The translations under genes and the position numbers were made by a program. Positions 10,555-21,183 of a stretch of DNA of 64,000 nt are shown here, in pieces (the first letter of the stretch is position 1; every line of letters starts with the position of its first letter). Where the stretch lies: IMG/VR virus record IMGVR_UViG_3300006802_000089, positions 10,398 through 74,397 of that record. The stretch is one strand, 5' to 3'. The stretch is from a virus. Under the pieces are notes generated by a model. It was not told the DNA's origin and searched no databases. It was given only the letters and a program-made list of their open reading frames with translations.

Positions 10555-12573
10555 TTACCTACTGTATTTATAGGCTCCTAAAAGTTGATTTACTGGTGCA
10601 AATGATCCGGTTAATTTGTATGTGTTTCCTCCGTATGTGAACACGATACCTTCTAACGGAACAATTTTTTCGAATCCTCCTAATGCTTCTATTCTGCTTA
10701 AATGTTTTTGTAACAAATCCAAATGTTTTATATCATTGCTGGATTTCAACATGTTGATTGCTGCAGTTAGCTCTGAACGTATATCCTGAACTGCTTTGTC
10801 TGGATTAACTGCTAAGAAGTTTTTGACATTCTGAAGTATGAGTGCTCCTAGTTTTAAAAAGATACTTTCGAATGGTTGTATGTTTTCATATTGTATCTTT
10901 TTTAGTTCTGCAGGATTATCCGTTTGAATTACCCATTCTTTGAATGCTTCATTATCAATTGACTTTGTTAGTGCTGTTTTGTTTAATGATTTGTCTGCTA
11001 TAGACCATCTGCGAACAAGTGCATTAACTATGTCTTCTGGAACATCGGCTCCTAACTCTTTTGCTTTAGCTTCAATCAATTCTTTCCACCAGGATCTGTG
11101 ATATTCAAAAACTAAATCAGTTTCTGCTAATCCGTAACGTGTTCTGAGTTGATCAACTTCTTTGAATAACGCATCTTGATAATCTTCAAATTGATCTACT
11201 TGTCCTAGTTTTAATTCGCGAGGTGGTATAATTTGAAATGTTTTTTGCAGATGAGCATTTGCATCTTGTATTGCTCTTTGCAGTTCAGATCCACCTGGCA
11301 TATCAGTCATTACTTCATTTCCGTCGGCATCATATTCTACCAGATTATGAAATTGTAGAACCGCAGTTTCATATGCAATAACATTTTTAGTTTCTGGATA
11401 TATGATTTCCATGTTAGCATACACAGATCCGTTTTTAAATATTTCATTTAAACGAGCTTCGCCTAGTTTCGAAAGTGCTGCATTTAAATCTTGACCGGCT
11501 TCTCGAAATGCATCAGATATAGCACCACGTCCTGCAAATTTTTCTGCTAATGCTTCTGCTGATAAAGGATTTTTTCTTTCTCCCTTATTACGTGCAAATC
11601 CTACTTGTCCGTCTTTGTATGTTACAAATATGTTTTGTCCGTCTGTTTTTTCAGTTACTGCTTGTTCTACGTCTAATCGTCCTGTTAATCCTCGTGCTAT
11701 AATTTCTTTCATGTCGTTGAAAGTTAAATCATAACGATCATAAGGATGATTCATATGTCCACCTAATCCTCCTTCATTCAAAGGAACGCCGAAAATAGTT
11801 TTGCTAAAATTTCCAAAATCATAAACAAATTCTTTGCCACTGTTTTTATTTAAGAATCCTCTTAATTTTTTAATTTTTTTGGCATGAGCCTGTGTTTGTT
11901 TTTTAGTTGGGTATCCTCCACCCATTACTTCATTAACATCTTCTTCAAGTTGTTGTTTCCACCAATTCACAGAAAACAAAGTTTCTGTAATATCTGTTTC
12001 TGGTGTTTCGGGTGTGTCAAATATCTGCCAAACATTTTTTACATAAGCTTCATCATATTGTGGATATTGTTGTGCGAATTTTTCGTAATTTCCAGATGCA
12101 ATTGCTTCACGTGCTGCGGTGGCAGAAATAGGTTTACCATTGCTTGTTAACGGATCTACCATCACATTGAGTTCTTCTGCATTGATATCTGCAGGTATTT
12201 TACGTCCGTTTTTATCTCCAATTTGCTGATATTTTTCTACGTTGCTTATGAATCCTTTTACTCGAACATAGTCGTTATCTTTGTTAGATGCAGCCAATGC
12301 ATATGATCCGCCTGGCGCATTAAACAAGTATTCATATGCTGACAATATTGGACTTGGATATGGAGTTGGTTGTATTTCAATTTTAGAATTATCATTCAGC
12401 AATCTGAAAATATCTATGCTGTTTTCTCTAGTTACTCCTGGTCTTGAATTAGGCCCTATCAGCATGATCACTTTGCTTACTGCCGGATGATTGGCATACT
12501 GATTTGCAAGATGCATATGAGCTCCGGTGATAGGCTTGAACCCTCCAGGAAATAAAACAGTTACGTTGTTCAT
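10555..12573 (-). CDS. Fusion of a HIGH-superfamily (cytidylyl/adenylyl-transferase-like) domain and a ligase-like (KxDG) domain
   Basis: N-terminal FPGGFKPITGAH and ISATAAR; C-terminal HMNHPYD, EKTDGQN, EGIVF, YKLTG. Confidence 0.7.
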   Translation of the reverse strand: MNNVTVLFPGGFKPITGAHMHLANQYANHPAVSKVIMLIGPNSRPGVTRENSIDIFRLLNDNSKIEIQPTPYPSPILSAYEYLFNAPGGSYALAASNKDNDYVRVKGFISNVEKYQQIGDKNGRKIPADINAEELNVMVDPLTSNGKPISATAAREAIASGNYEKFAQQYPQYDEAYVKNVWQIFDTPETPETDITETLFSVNWWKQQLEEDVNEVMGGGYPTKKQTQAHAKKIKKLRGFLNKNSGKEFVYDFGNFSKTIFGVPLNEGGLGGHMNHPYDRYDLTFNDMKEIIARGLTGRLDVEQAVTEKTDGQNIFVTYKDGQVGFARNKGERKNPLSAEALAEKFAGRGAISDAFREAGQDLNAALSKLGEARLNEIFKNGSVYANMEIIYPETKNVIAYETAVLQFHNLVEYDADGNEVMTDMPGGSELQRAIQDANAHLQKTFQIIPPRELKLGQVDQFEDYQDALFKEVDQLRTRYGLAETDLVFEYHRSWWKELIEAKAKELGADVPEDIVNALVRRWSIADKSLNKTALTKSIDNEAFKEWVIQTDNPAELKKIQYENIQPFESIFLKLGALILQNVKNFLAVNPDKAVQDIRSELTAAINMLKSSNDIKHLDLLQKHLSRIEALGGFEKIVPLEGIVFTYGGNTYKLTGSFAPVNQLLGAYKYSR

Positions 12574-12604
12574 TCGTTTTCTTTATATATAAATATTGTT
12601 ATAA

Positions 12605-15187
12605 TTATAATTGCGCAAACTTTCTACCGGTAGTTATTGCTAGATCTTGTATTCTAAAATTAACGCCTGAAGATGCACTTAGTGCTAATCGATATCTAGA
12701 TAATCCTCCGGATCCTATAACAGATCCTGTAATTTGTCCGGTAAACGTAGCATTTAAACTAGCTCCTCCATGTCTTACTTTAAACGCTTCATAATATTGT
12801 AAAGCACTCCATGTACCATATCCAGTACTATTTTCTACTCCGATTAAAACACTTCCAGTTCCCGGTCCTAATGAAAGATTAAATGCGGAATCAATCCTCA
12901 TTACATCTTCACCATTTAAAATTTTTGTAAAAAATATTTCTCCTACATCAGATTGAGTTCCGGTTACTGAAAATATGCTACCCGTTGCATATATATGACG
13001 TCCAACATTGTATCCGTCTGCATATCCGGTTGCTGTATCTAACATTACAAGTCCATTAGTAGAATCTACTGCCATAAAAGCAGATGCGGTTACATCGCCG
13101 GCCGGCGTTAAATGAAATCCACTTCCGGATATTTCAATGTTTCCTCCACTACCAGATATAAATACTGTGTTAGGATCTCCCAGAAAGAAATTTTGTGTTG
13201 CAACATACAATTCATCGTCAGACGTAGAATATCGAAAATAGCTGGATGTATTTAAAAATAATTCTAATCCTACACCGCTGTATGGTATTCCGCCTTTCGT
13301 GTTGAATCCTGGCAAGGCACTTCCGCTCCATAGCAAGAATCCTGGATCTCCAACTTCAAATCCACTATATCCTAGTGATCTAACAAATCCTGTGTCGGTT
13401 AATCCGCTGATTGCGATACCCGATTCCAATGTGTTTGCAACATACAAAGAACCGGTAATCATGGAATAATCGCCGTCTATGTATCTGTTGCCTCCTTGCC
13501 AAGTTAAATTGTTTTTGTAACTGATCAGTTTGCTACGTTCGCCGGCAACGTTGTAATATTCTATTTTAAAAGAAAGCTGATTACCTGATTTGTGTTTGGT
13601 TGGTATTTCGGTTCTAAATCTAGTATAATTTGGTGTATAACCAGGATCGTTGTCTGTTGTGGTTCTGATATCAGAAAAATACCATTCTCCAGCTTCTATA
13701 ACAAATAGCAATACTCCGTTGCCGTTTCGATCTGCACGGAAATAAAAAGTTTGATCGTCTATTCGTTGAGATTCAGATCGTATTTCTAATTCGCCAATTG
13801 GTTTTCCAACTTTAACTGGTAATTCCTGATTATAATAGTCTGCGGTAGCATAATTAAATGCACTACCACTCATGTAAGCATATACTTTTGGATTCTGATT
13901 GTTACTTGTTGCATTGCGAAATGCTCGAGCGTCAAATGTAACTTTGTATTGAGAATCTGCAATAAATTTTCCTGCTACAGATGAAGAAACTTGTAACACA
14001 TACACATCGTTTTTTCTGGGTATATTTACTGCAGGTACAACTCTTATTGAATTATTTAATGATCCGATATTTCTGGCTAATGCAGGTGCAGTAGTTTCAG
14101 TACGTCCTAAGTATGTATGACTTTCCCAATATGTGTCTATAGTAGCTTGATCTACAATTGAACCTATATTAACATATGGATCTACACTTGAAGTTGAAGG
14201 AACAAATATTTGTGTTTCTTCTAATGCTATATCATTTACTAATTCATATGTTCCTACAGTGCCTTTTCCAGAAGCATACACTTTGATTTGACTTACGTCT
14301 CCCGATGCAGGGTCTAATCCTTCTATTTCTACATATGCAAATGATTCAGAATTTTGTGTTGGTGTATACGTCGGAGTAGCTTCATAATCGATAGTATATG
14401 CAGATGGTCCGAAACTATTGTATGTGTGCGAAAATATGCTTTGACTCGAAAATACTGTGTAAGCAGAAGTTAATTCTATTGCAGTCGACGATAACACTTT
14501 TTTAATAGTGCTGGTATAAGTATTATTGCTTATCGAGTATCTGGGTGTAGGAGATGGATTGTTTGGCGAAGCAACTGTGAGTGTGCCTCCTACCATATCT
14601 CCGGTAAATGTTCCTCCGTCTACTACTATCACAGGAGTAAAATTTTGATTGGTAAATGTTATGGTTCCTGCAGAATATGTTGGAAATTGACCGGATGTAT
14701 ATGTTCGATTCAGTTGTACACCTACTTGTTCCGAAATACGTATAGTAGGTTCTGTTTCGAATATTATTTCTGAAACATTAGCAATAGTTGGATTAACTGC
14801 TATGCTTCTGGTCCATTTAACGTTTGGTTTATTGCGCCATTCTGCAGGAACATTTCGAAGTGTGCTTAGTAGTGTTACTGTTGCATCGCCTGGAGAAGTA
14901 TCTTCATAAATATAAATTACTATGACACGTGCTTTGTCTTCATCTATATAATTTGCAAGTATTTCAGAATATATAGGATCGCCGTTATAATCTAAAACTT
15001 CAACTGATATCAAAGAATTAGGCTGAAGAACGTTTTCTCGTCCTCTGAATTTTATAACGTTTTTTCCTGCAGTTAATCTTTCCGGAAATTCTGTTATAAC
15101 AAAAACATCGGGTGACGTTAAGCTGTTGTCGGTTTGAAATGTGGGAGTATTAATAAATCCTCTGTAAACTGCAGTTTTCTGTTGCAT
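12605..15187 (-). CDS. Virion structural protein (tail/baseplate-associated)
   Basis: 860 aa, beta-rich, S/T/G-rich with SGS/TGS motifs; late motif upstream. Confidence 0.6.
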   Translation of the reverse strand: MQQKTAVYRGFINTPTFQTDNSLTSPDVFVITEFPERLTAGKNVIKFRGRENVLQPNSLISVEVLDYNGDPIYSEILANYIDEDKARVIVIYIYEDTSPGDATVTLLSTLRNVPAEWRNKPNVKWTRSIAVNPTIANVSEIIFETEPTIRISEQVGVQLNRTYTSGQFPTYSAGTITFTNQNFTPVIVVDGGTFTGDMVGGTLTVASPNNPSPTPRYSISNNTYTSTIKKVLSSTAIELTSAYTVFSSQSIFSHTYNSFGPSAYTIDYEATPTYTPTQNSESFAYVEIEGLDPASGDVSQIKVYASGKGTVGTYELVNDIALEETQIFVPSTSSVDPYVNIGSIVDQATIDTYWESHTYLGRTETTAPALARNIGSLNNSIRVVPAVNIPRKNDVYVLQVSSSVAGKFIADSQYKVTFDARAFRNATSNNQNPKVYAYMSGSAFNYATADYYNQELPVKVGKPIGELEIRSESQRIDDQTFYFRADRNGNGVLLFVIEAGEWYFSDIRTTTDNDPGYTPNYTRFRTEIPTKHKSGNQLSFKIEYYNVAGERSKLISYKNNLTWQGGNRYIDGDYSMITGSLYVANTLESGIAISGLTDTGFVRSLGYSGFEVGDPGFLLWSGSALPGFNTKGGIPYSGVGLELFLNTSSYFRYSTSDDELYVATQNFFLGDPNTVFISGSGGNIEISGSGFHLTPAGDVTASAFMAVDSTNGLVMLDTATGYADGYNVGRHIYATGSIFSVTGTQSDVGEIFFTKILNGEDVMRIDSAFNLSLGPGTGSVLIGVENSTGYGTWSALQYYEAFKVRHGGASLNATFTGQITGSVIGSGGLSRYRLALSASSGVNFRIQDLAITTGRKFAQL

Positions 15188-15213
15188 CTTATACTTGCAT
15201 TTTTATATAAATA

Positions 15214-18200
15214 TCAAGTATGTAATATATGGCTGAATCCATCAATCTTGTTAACTTCTAACAGATTGTCTACCATATCTCGCATAGAATCTACATGAGA
15301 AATAATAATAGAGAAATCAAATTTGGTTCTGAGATATTCAAACAAATTGATAACTGATGATATGTGTTCTGCATCCAAACTACCCCATCCTTCATCAATT
15401 GCAATGAAATTTGGACGTGGCAGAGCTGAAACATTGATAAGACCGATGCGAATCGCTAGGCTTGAAATAAATCTTTCCATTCCACTGCTTAATTCTAACG
15501 GCCAAGTGTTTTGTTCATCATAAATAATATATCCGTTGATATTTTTACCATCCGTATGCAACACTATGTTAAAATCTACTATCTGATCCAATACATTGTT
15601 TATTTCAGATTCAATTTTTGGAATTGCCATAGCAACTAAATCATATGGAACACCGTTTCGACTAACTGATTTTAAATAGTATTCAAACGCGCGATATTCC
15701 GTTTCCAATATTTTATACTTTTCAAGTTGTTCTAATGCATGTTTCTTTTTGGTTCGAGCAACTTCTATCTCTCCATGCTTAGCTTTTATCTGATTAGCAA
15801 TAGTTTTTAATTGAGTGTTTTTAGTTTCAATTTCAGATTTTATGCTTTGAATCTGTTCGTCTATACGCGCGTTAGTTTCAATAGCCGTTTTATTTTTATG
15901 AAATTGTTCTTGACGTTCATTGCATGTTTCCAATTCAGATTCTTTGGTTTGTAAATCATTTTCTATGATTTGCAGTTGCAATTCTTCTCGTTCTTTTTGT
16001 TGTTTCAATGTAGCAATCTCAGAATGTATGGATTCGGCTGTTTGTAGATCTTCAACATGTTGTTGCAATGCATCAATTGAATCTTGTTGAGTGTTTAATG
16101 TGGTTGTTAGTTCTTGTAATAAACGTTGATCCGCTCCAATTTCACTCTGGGCTTTGTATGCATCTTGAACAAAAACGTTAGATCTGCAGTACTTGCAATC
16201 GGGGTCATATTCATGTTGCGATAAATGTTTGATCTTTTTTTGTTTCGTCTCAATCTCTCTGTTAACATGTTTAATTTTCGTACTTGTTTCATTGTGTTGT
16301 TCCTGCACTTGTTGATATGCTTTTGACTGTGCTGTTAAAAAATTAACATCGAATGTTGCATATTCTGTTTGTTTTGTTTTTATGCTATTGCCGTATGTTT
16401 CAATAGTTGTTTCTTTTTTAGTAATCTGATCTTGTAATGATTCTATGTTTTCAATCAATCCGTTTTCAGTTTCTTCTAGTTTTTTAATACTAGGGCCTTC
16501 ATACGTAGTAGGCAGTTTGGATTCGATCAGTTCTAATATTTTGTTTTGTAAATCATTTCTTTGCTCAGAATGTATAGACTCTGAAGCTTCGCATGAAATG
16601 ATAACATCTTTGTTTTGATTTATTATGTTTTCTGACTGTGTTATTATTTCAGCAAAGTCCGTTTTCTTGTATTCTCGTAATTTTCCTGCAGTTTCTTTGA
16701 TGTCGTCATTTGCTAACTGATATATTTGTTCAAACACAGTTATATCTAAAAACTGAGACAATAAATCTTTTCTTTCTCGCTGAGACTTGTCAATAAAGTT
16801 GTTGCTGTCTGATTGCAATGAAAATGCAGTTAATATAAAATCGTCATATGTTCCAAGATATTTTCTGATATTTTTATTTGTTTCACTGCGCTCTTCTCCG
16901 TTTAAATTTTCTGCATCAGTATAAAAATTAACATTCACTTTAACGTGTCCGTTTTTTTGTTTTATGCCTTCACGTTGTATGGTGTATTCCGTGTTGTTGA
17001 TTGAAAATTTAAATTCTCCTCGAAACCCAGATTTCTGTGTGTTTAACACTTCTCCTGCTTTGCCTGTTTTGCTGCACTTGTCAAATATAGTGTATGTTAT
17101 TGCATCTAATAAACTGGATTTTCCTGATGTGTTTGGTGCAAATAATCCGGTTACATCAGATATTTTTGTGAAGTCAATTGAATTATTTTCTCCGTATGAA
17201 AACATGTTTTCAAACTCAAATGATATCGGAGTCCATGTGACGTGTCTAACAGATTCTAGTGCCGGTAATTTGCTGTTGATTGTTCGATTGATATGTCTAA
17301 CTGCATCTAGTTCTTCAGCGGTAATATCCGGACTATTGTTTTGCAAATAATCAGTTATCAAGGTGTTTTGATATTCAACATCTCGCACATTTCCTATGCT
17401 AATATTTGCAGATCCGTTAGCAGTATTCGCACTGTTGCTGCGTTGAATTGAAATGTCTTGTACTTGATATTTTGAACGCAGAGTTGTTATGAATTTCTTC
17501 ATGTCTGCGGCATCTGTATTGTTGAATTTAACTCGTACGCGTGGTTTATTTGGCATACGTTTTGGTGCTGCAGTTATGCTTGTTCCTTCTGTTTCAAACG
17601 TAACATAACCGTAATCATTATGTATCTGCATGAAGTCGGCTGTTCTGTTTGCCAAGTCCCATCTGAGTATTCCGTGATCCAAAGACTCTCCGTGATTTTG
17701 TTGTATGAGTGACCCTGGATATTTGATTAATGGTTTTTTGACTCCTTCGGCTACGTGATATGTTTGCAACGTTTGATCTGCTTTATGAATATCTCCAAGC
17801 AAAACCAAATCATGTCCGTCAAATATATCTGTTTTTACATGTTCATTGGATATTTCATATCCTATATCAGTTTTAGCAGAATGCACTGCCCCGTGATGCA
17901 ATGCAATTTTATATTTATCAGATTTAATGTCGGCAGCTTTAATGTAATGTTCTGGTGCTACGTCTACTGCCATGTGATTGAACAACACGTTTCCTATTTC
18001 ATATACTGCATTTTCTTTTATGAAATGCACATTAGGATTTTGCAACATGTCCAACACCGGGGACAATGCATCTATTCGGTGCATGTTGTTCAGATTCATG
18101 TCATGATTACCTAGTATAACTATGGTAGGTATAGTAAACATGTTGAAAAATTCAGTTAGCATTTGTATGAGTTCTGGACTCATATCCAATTTGCTGTGAA

Positions 18201-18381
18201 CTATATCCCCGGTAATCACACAACAACTTGTATCAGTTGCGTGCTGTGAAATTTCTATCATCATGTTTTCGAATACTTCTCGATATTCACGATGTCGTTT
18301 AAGTGTGCGGATATGCACATCACTTATATGAAATATATCCGATATTGTTTCTATTCCAATATCTAAACGTTTTATTTCCAT
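15214..18381 (-). CDS. SbcD/Mre11 (gp47)-SbcC/Rad50 (gp46) fusion recombination nuclease
   Basis: SDVH, GDIVH, GNHD, LGDIH phosphoesterase motifs; Walker A APNTSGKSS; zinc hook CKYC; LSSGME; Walker B IAIDEG. Confidence 0.92.
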   Translation of the reverse strand: MEIKRLDIGIETISDIFHISDVHIRTLKRHREYREVFENMMIEISQHATDTSCCVITGDIVHSKLDMSPELIQMLTEFFNMFTIPTIVILGNHDMNLNNMHRIDALSPVLDMLQNPNVHFIKENAVYEIGNVLFNHMAVDVAPEHYIKAADIKSDKYKIALHHGAVHSAKTDIGYEISNEHVKTDIFDGHDLVLLGDIHKADQTLQTYHVAEGVKKPLIKYPGSLIQQNHGESLDHGILRWDLANRTADFMQIHNDYGYVTFETEGTSITAAPKRMPNKPRVRVKFNNTDAADMKKFITTLRSKYQVQDISIQRSNSANTANGSANISIGNVRDVEYQNTLITDYLQNNSPDITAEELDAVRHINRTINSKLPALESVRHVTWTPISFEFENMFSYGENNSIDFTKISDVTGLFAPNTSGKSSLLDAITYTIFDKCSKTGKAGEVLNTQKSGFRGEFKFSINNTEYTIQREGIKQKNGHVKVNVNFYTDAENLNGEERSETNKNIRKYLGTYDDFILTAFSLQSDSNNFIDKSQRERKDLLSQFLDITVFEQIYQLANDDIKETAGKLREYKKTDFAEIITQSENIINQNKDVIISCEASESIHSEQRNDLQNKILELIESKLPTTYEGPSIKKLEETENGLIENIESLQDQITKKETTIETYGNSIKTKQTEYATFDVNFLTAQSKAYQQVQEQHNETSTKIKHVNREIETKQKKIKHLSQHEYDPDCKYCRSNVFVQDAYKAQSEIGADQRLLQELTTTLNTQQDSIDALQQHVEDLQTAESIHSEIATLKQQKEREELQLQIIENDLQTKESELETCNERQEQFHKNKTAIETNARIDEQIQSIKSEIETKNTQLKTIANQIKAKHGEIEVARTKKKHALEQLEKYKILETEYRAFEYYLKSVSRNGVPYDLVAMAIPKIESEINNVLDQIVDFNIVLHTDGKNINGYIIYDEQNTWPLELSSGMERFISSLAIRIGLINVSALPRPNFIAIDEGWGSLDAEHISSVINLFEYLRTKFDFSIIISHVDSMRDMVDNLLEVNKIDGFSHILHT

Positions 18382-19313
18382 AAAATACCCATCTGGTAAT
18401 TAATCATCGACTGAAACGTTAATTTGTCGGTTTCTGCGATTCGTTTCGTTATTTCTTCAAAACCTAACTCCGAAGCATCTTGTTCTTGTAAAGCTACAAA
18501 ATACACATTTAATCCTTCTTTCATGAATGTGTCAGCAATATCCAACGCATTGCGAATGGCATCACTATCCAAACAAATGTATATGTCTTGAACTCTTTTT
18601 TCTATTAATTTTTTTCTTAGTGCCGGTTGTATTATTTTGCCGAACAGCGGCAGTGCATTTCTTTTTATTGCAATTGCATCAAAAGCTCCTTCACACAGTA
18701 CCACCGGCTCATTCCAATTGATCATCATTTCAAAACCTATTATGTCTTTTGACACTTTTGGATTCTTGTGTTTCTGCCAATCTGCCTGATAAAAAGCTCG
18801 ACTAACAAAATAATTTAGTTGTCCGTCGGCATCATAGCTTGGAATAATTATTTTGCCGGAATATGCTCCTTCTTCACAATACCCAATACGATATCTGATA
18901 ATATCAAACACAGAAACGTTTCTGGATTTTAAATATGAAATAGCATTGCGATAATCCGGAGTATTCTTAGTTACCCAAAGTGGACGATATTCTGCCGGCA
19001 GTTGTAATATTTCTTTCTGAGTAACACTGTCGGTGTTTCGGAATTTAGATATTTTAATTATACGTTCTAATTCTTCGAACCTTTGTTTTGGCAGTTTTAA
19101 TCTGGTAAACAAACTGTGAATACTACGACCTTTTTCATCAGAAATCCAACAGTGCCAAGCATTTTCTCCTTTGCTGGTAGTTTTAATATTGATTTCTAAT
19201 TTTGGTTTGTAATGTGATTTGAACGGAGAAAAGAATGCTATGTTATCGCCTGAGGTTGTTTTACCTTTACCTAGAACAGATTCCAATAACTGTAGTAATC
19301 TTTGGTTTGCCAT
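18372..19313 (-). CDS. DNA primase (TOPRIM)
   Basis: WHCW, YLKSR, IIIPSY, CEGAFDA, CLDSDA. Confidence 0.85.
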   Translation of the reverse strand: MANQRLLQLLESVLGKGKTTSGDNIAFFSPFKSHYKPKLEINIKTTSKGENAWHCWISDEKGRSIHSLFTRLKLPKQRFEELERIIKISKFRNTDSVTQKEILQLPAEYRPLWVTKNTPDYRNAISYLKSRNVSVFDIIRYRIGYCEEGAYSGKIIIPSYDADGQLNYFVSRAFYQADWQKHKNPKVSKDIIGFEMMINWNEPVVLCEGAFDAIAIKRNALPLFGKIIQPALRKKLIEKRVQDIYICLDSDAIRNALDIADTFMKEGLNVYFVALQEQDASELGFEEITKRIAETDKLTFQSMINYQMGILWK

Positions 19314-19517
19314 ATTAATATTATAAGAAAAATACTGAAGTATCCAAAGTATATGGCTTTGATATAATTAATATATAATATATGTCAGACACAAACATTT
19401 CATTAATGGTCTAACGATTTCATTTATTAAATAAATTTAATTTCATTCAATCAGTTAAATTAATTAACTTTCATTAATTACAAATAAAATAGTAATTTAA
19501 ATTTTAAAATCCAACCT

Positions 19518-19997
19518 TTATGCAAAAAACTTTTTCGGATTGTTTGCCGTTTCGCCTTGTTTCACACATTCCGATAACCATGCATCAGGTATCTGTTTTT
19601 TTGCTACATGCATGATACCCAGCTTGTTTGCATAAGCTTCATAAGTAGTTTTGCTGTTTTTTGATATGCGTTGATTAGGATTCTGAAACACCATGCGTAT
19701 GTCTATTCCCGGATTAGAAGTCAAAACATGTTTCATTTTTTTGCGATCTGCTACGGTCCAACGACCCTTTGTTTCCACATACATGATTTCGCCGTTGCGT
19801 TTGGTAAATACAAAGTCTGGAGTGTATTTGTGTTTGGTTTCTGGTACTGTATAATTCAGTGTTTCTGTTTCATAATTTAATGGATATGCAGCTTCGGTTA
19901 TTTGTTCTGACACTGATAATTCTAGTCCAGACTTGTAACCATGTTTATATGCAGCTTGTCGTGTTTTACTTGTGGTATTCCAATGATTTTTTCGCAT
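19518..19997 (-). CDS. T7 endonuclease I-like Holliday junction resolvase
   Basis: YKSGLE, YTPDF, ETKGRW...DRKK, IRMVFQ. Confidence 0.85.
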   Translation of the reverse strand: MRKNHWNTTSKTRQAAYKHGYKSGLELSVSEQITEAAYPLNYETETLNYTVPETKHKYTPDFVFTKRNGEIMYVETKGRWTVADRKKMKHVLTSNPGIDIRMVFQNPNQRISKNSKTTYEAYANKLGIMHVAKKQIPDAWLSECVKQGETANNPKKFFA

Positions 19998-20011
19998 AAC
20001 TTAATTTTAAT

Positions 20012-21172
20012 TTACATATAGTCCCATGTTATTTCAATTTCTTTTGATGTTAACGTAGGATTTTCTTCAGTACCTGATTTAATAAGAATAAATGGAAATT
20101 TTATGGTACCTTGATTATCGGTTGTAATTAAATCTTCAACATGTTCATAAACTTTGTCGACAGTTACTCGATTCAATGCTGTAATTTTCGATAATTTTGC
20201 CGTTTCACTAACATTTACACCCATACCTTGTTTTTCGAAAAATTCAACATATGAAGTTGTCAAAAAATCCGCAGCACCAATTTCATCATCGCCGTTTATC
20301 CATCTATCAGCTCTCTTCCATAACGGATCCCAACTTTTAAACTCGCTAAAATAAAATTCTGCATCATCATCTAGTAATTCTTTTAGTTGCTTGCAAATAG
20401 TATATATTTTCGAATTAAATGCAATCTGTTTATCATAATTTTTACTAGTAATACCCAATGTTTCTATAGTAGGCAAATTGTTCTTTAATGAAATTGTATA
20501 ATCACCACCATCTTTAAATCCGGCTTGATCAAAAAACATATTCCAACTGTTATTATCTTCAGTAAATATTAATTGTGTTGTTCCGGCTGAATTATCTGCA
20601 GCTTCCGAATCATCTTTTTTGTCAGTAACAGCGGTTCCTGCTGTATTTGAAACATGTATGTGATTTTCATGTCGATCTGACTCGTTGTCACCACTTTTGT
20701 ACCATAATACAGATTTAGGATTATTTGAGTTTTCTACATTGTGGGTGTACCCCATGCCACTTAGTTGTTTTTGTAATCTATCTCCTAATAGTTTAAATTT
20801 ATCTGGGTTTGACTTATACGTGTATCCGTTAAATGTTGCAATATCAACGGCTGCTCCTGGAGTACGAAAATGTCTTGAGTTATCCGTATGTGGACCTTTA
20901 GTTGTGCTATTGATTACTAACTTCATAGATAGAGCAGATGCAGCTAATTCCAAATCTGCCATAAGTTTTGGATTAACATTAGTATCTAAACCAGATGCAA
21001 ATTCAACACTCCATTTCGGTGCAGATGTATCGTCAGTTGTATCGTCAGATGTAGTTGTAGTGTCAGATGTAGTTGTAGTATCAGATGTAGTTGTATCTTC
21101 ATCGCTCCAAACATCCACTTCTTCGTCTTGTTCTAGTAATAAATTTTTTAATAATAATTGTTTATGTTTCAT
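20012..21172 (-). CDS. Protein with a peptidase M15 (Zn DD-peptidase/endolysin-like) domain
   Basis: SRH...AAVDIA...HENHIHVS Zn-ligand pattern; N-terminal LLLKNLLLE. Confidence 0.7.
   Translation of the reverse strand: MKHKQLLLKNLLLEQDEEVDVWSDEDTTTSDTTTTSDTTTTSDDTTDDTSAPKWSVEFASGLDTNVNPKLMADLELAASALSMKLVINSTTKGPHTDNSRHFRTPGAAVDIATFNGYTYKSNPDKFKLLGDRLQKQLSGMGYTHNVENSNNPKSVLWYKSGDNESDRHENHIHVSNTAGTAVTDKKDDSEAADNSAGTTQLIFTEDNNSWNMFFDQAGFKDGGDYTISLKNNLPTIETLGITSKNYDKQIAFNSKIYTICKQLKELLDDDAEFYFSEFKSWDPLWKRADRWINGDDEIGAADFLTTSYVEFFEKQGMGVNVSETAKLSKITALNRVTVDKVYEHVEDLITTDNQGTIKFPFILIKSGTEENPTLTSKEIEITWDYM
21044..21096. repeat. About three 18-bp tandem repeats encoding (S)DTTTT
   Basis: tcagatgtagttgtagt repeated; protein reads DTTTSDTTTTSDTTTTSDD. 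Confidence 0.8.
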
Positions 21173-21183
21173 ATTTTTATATG

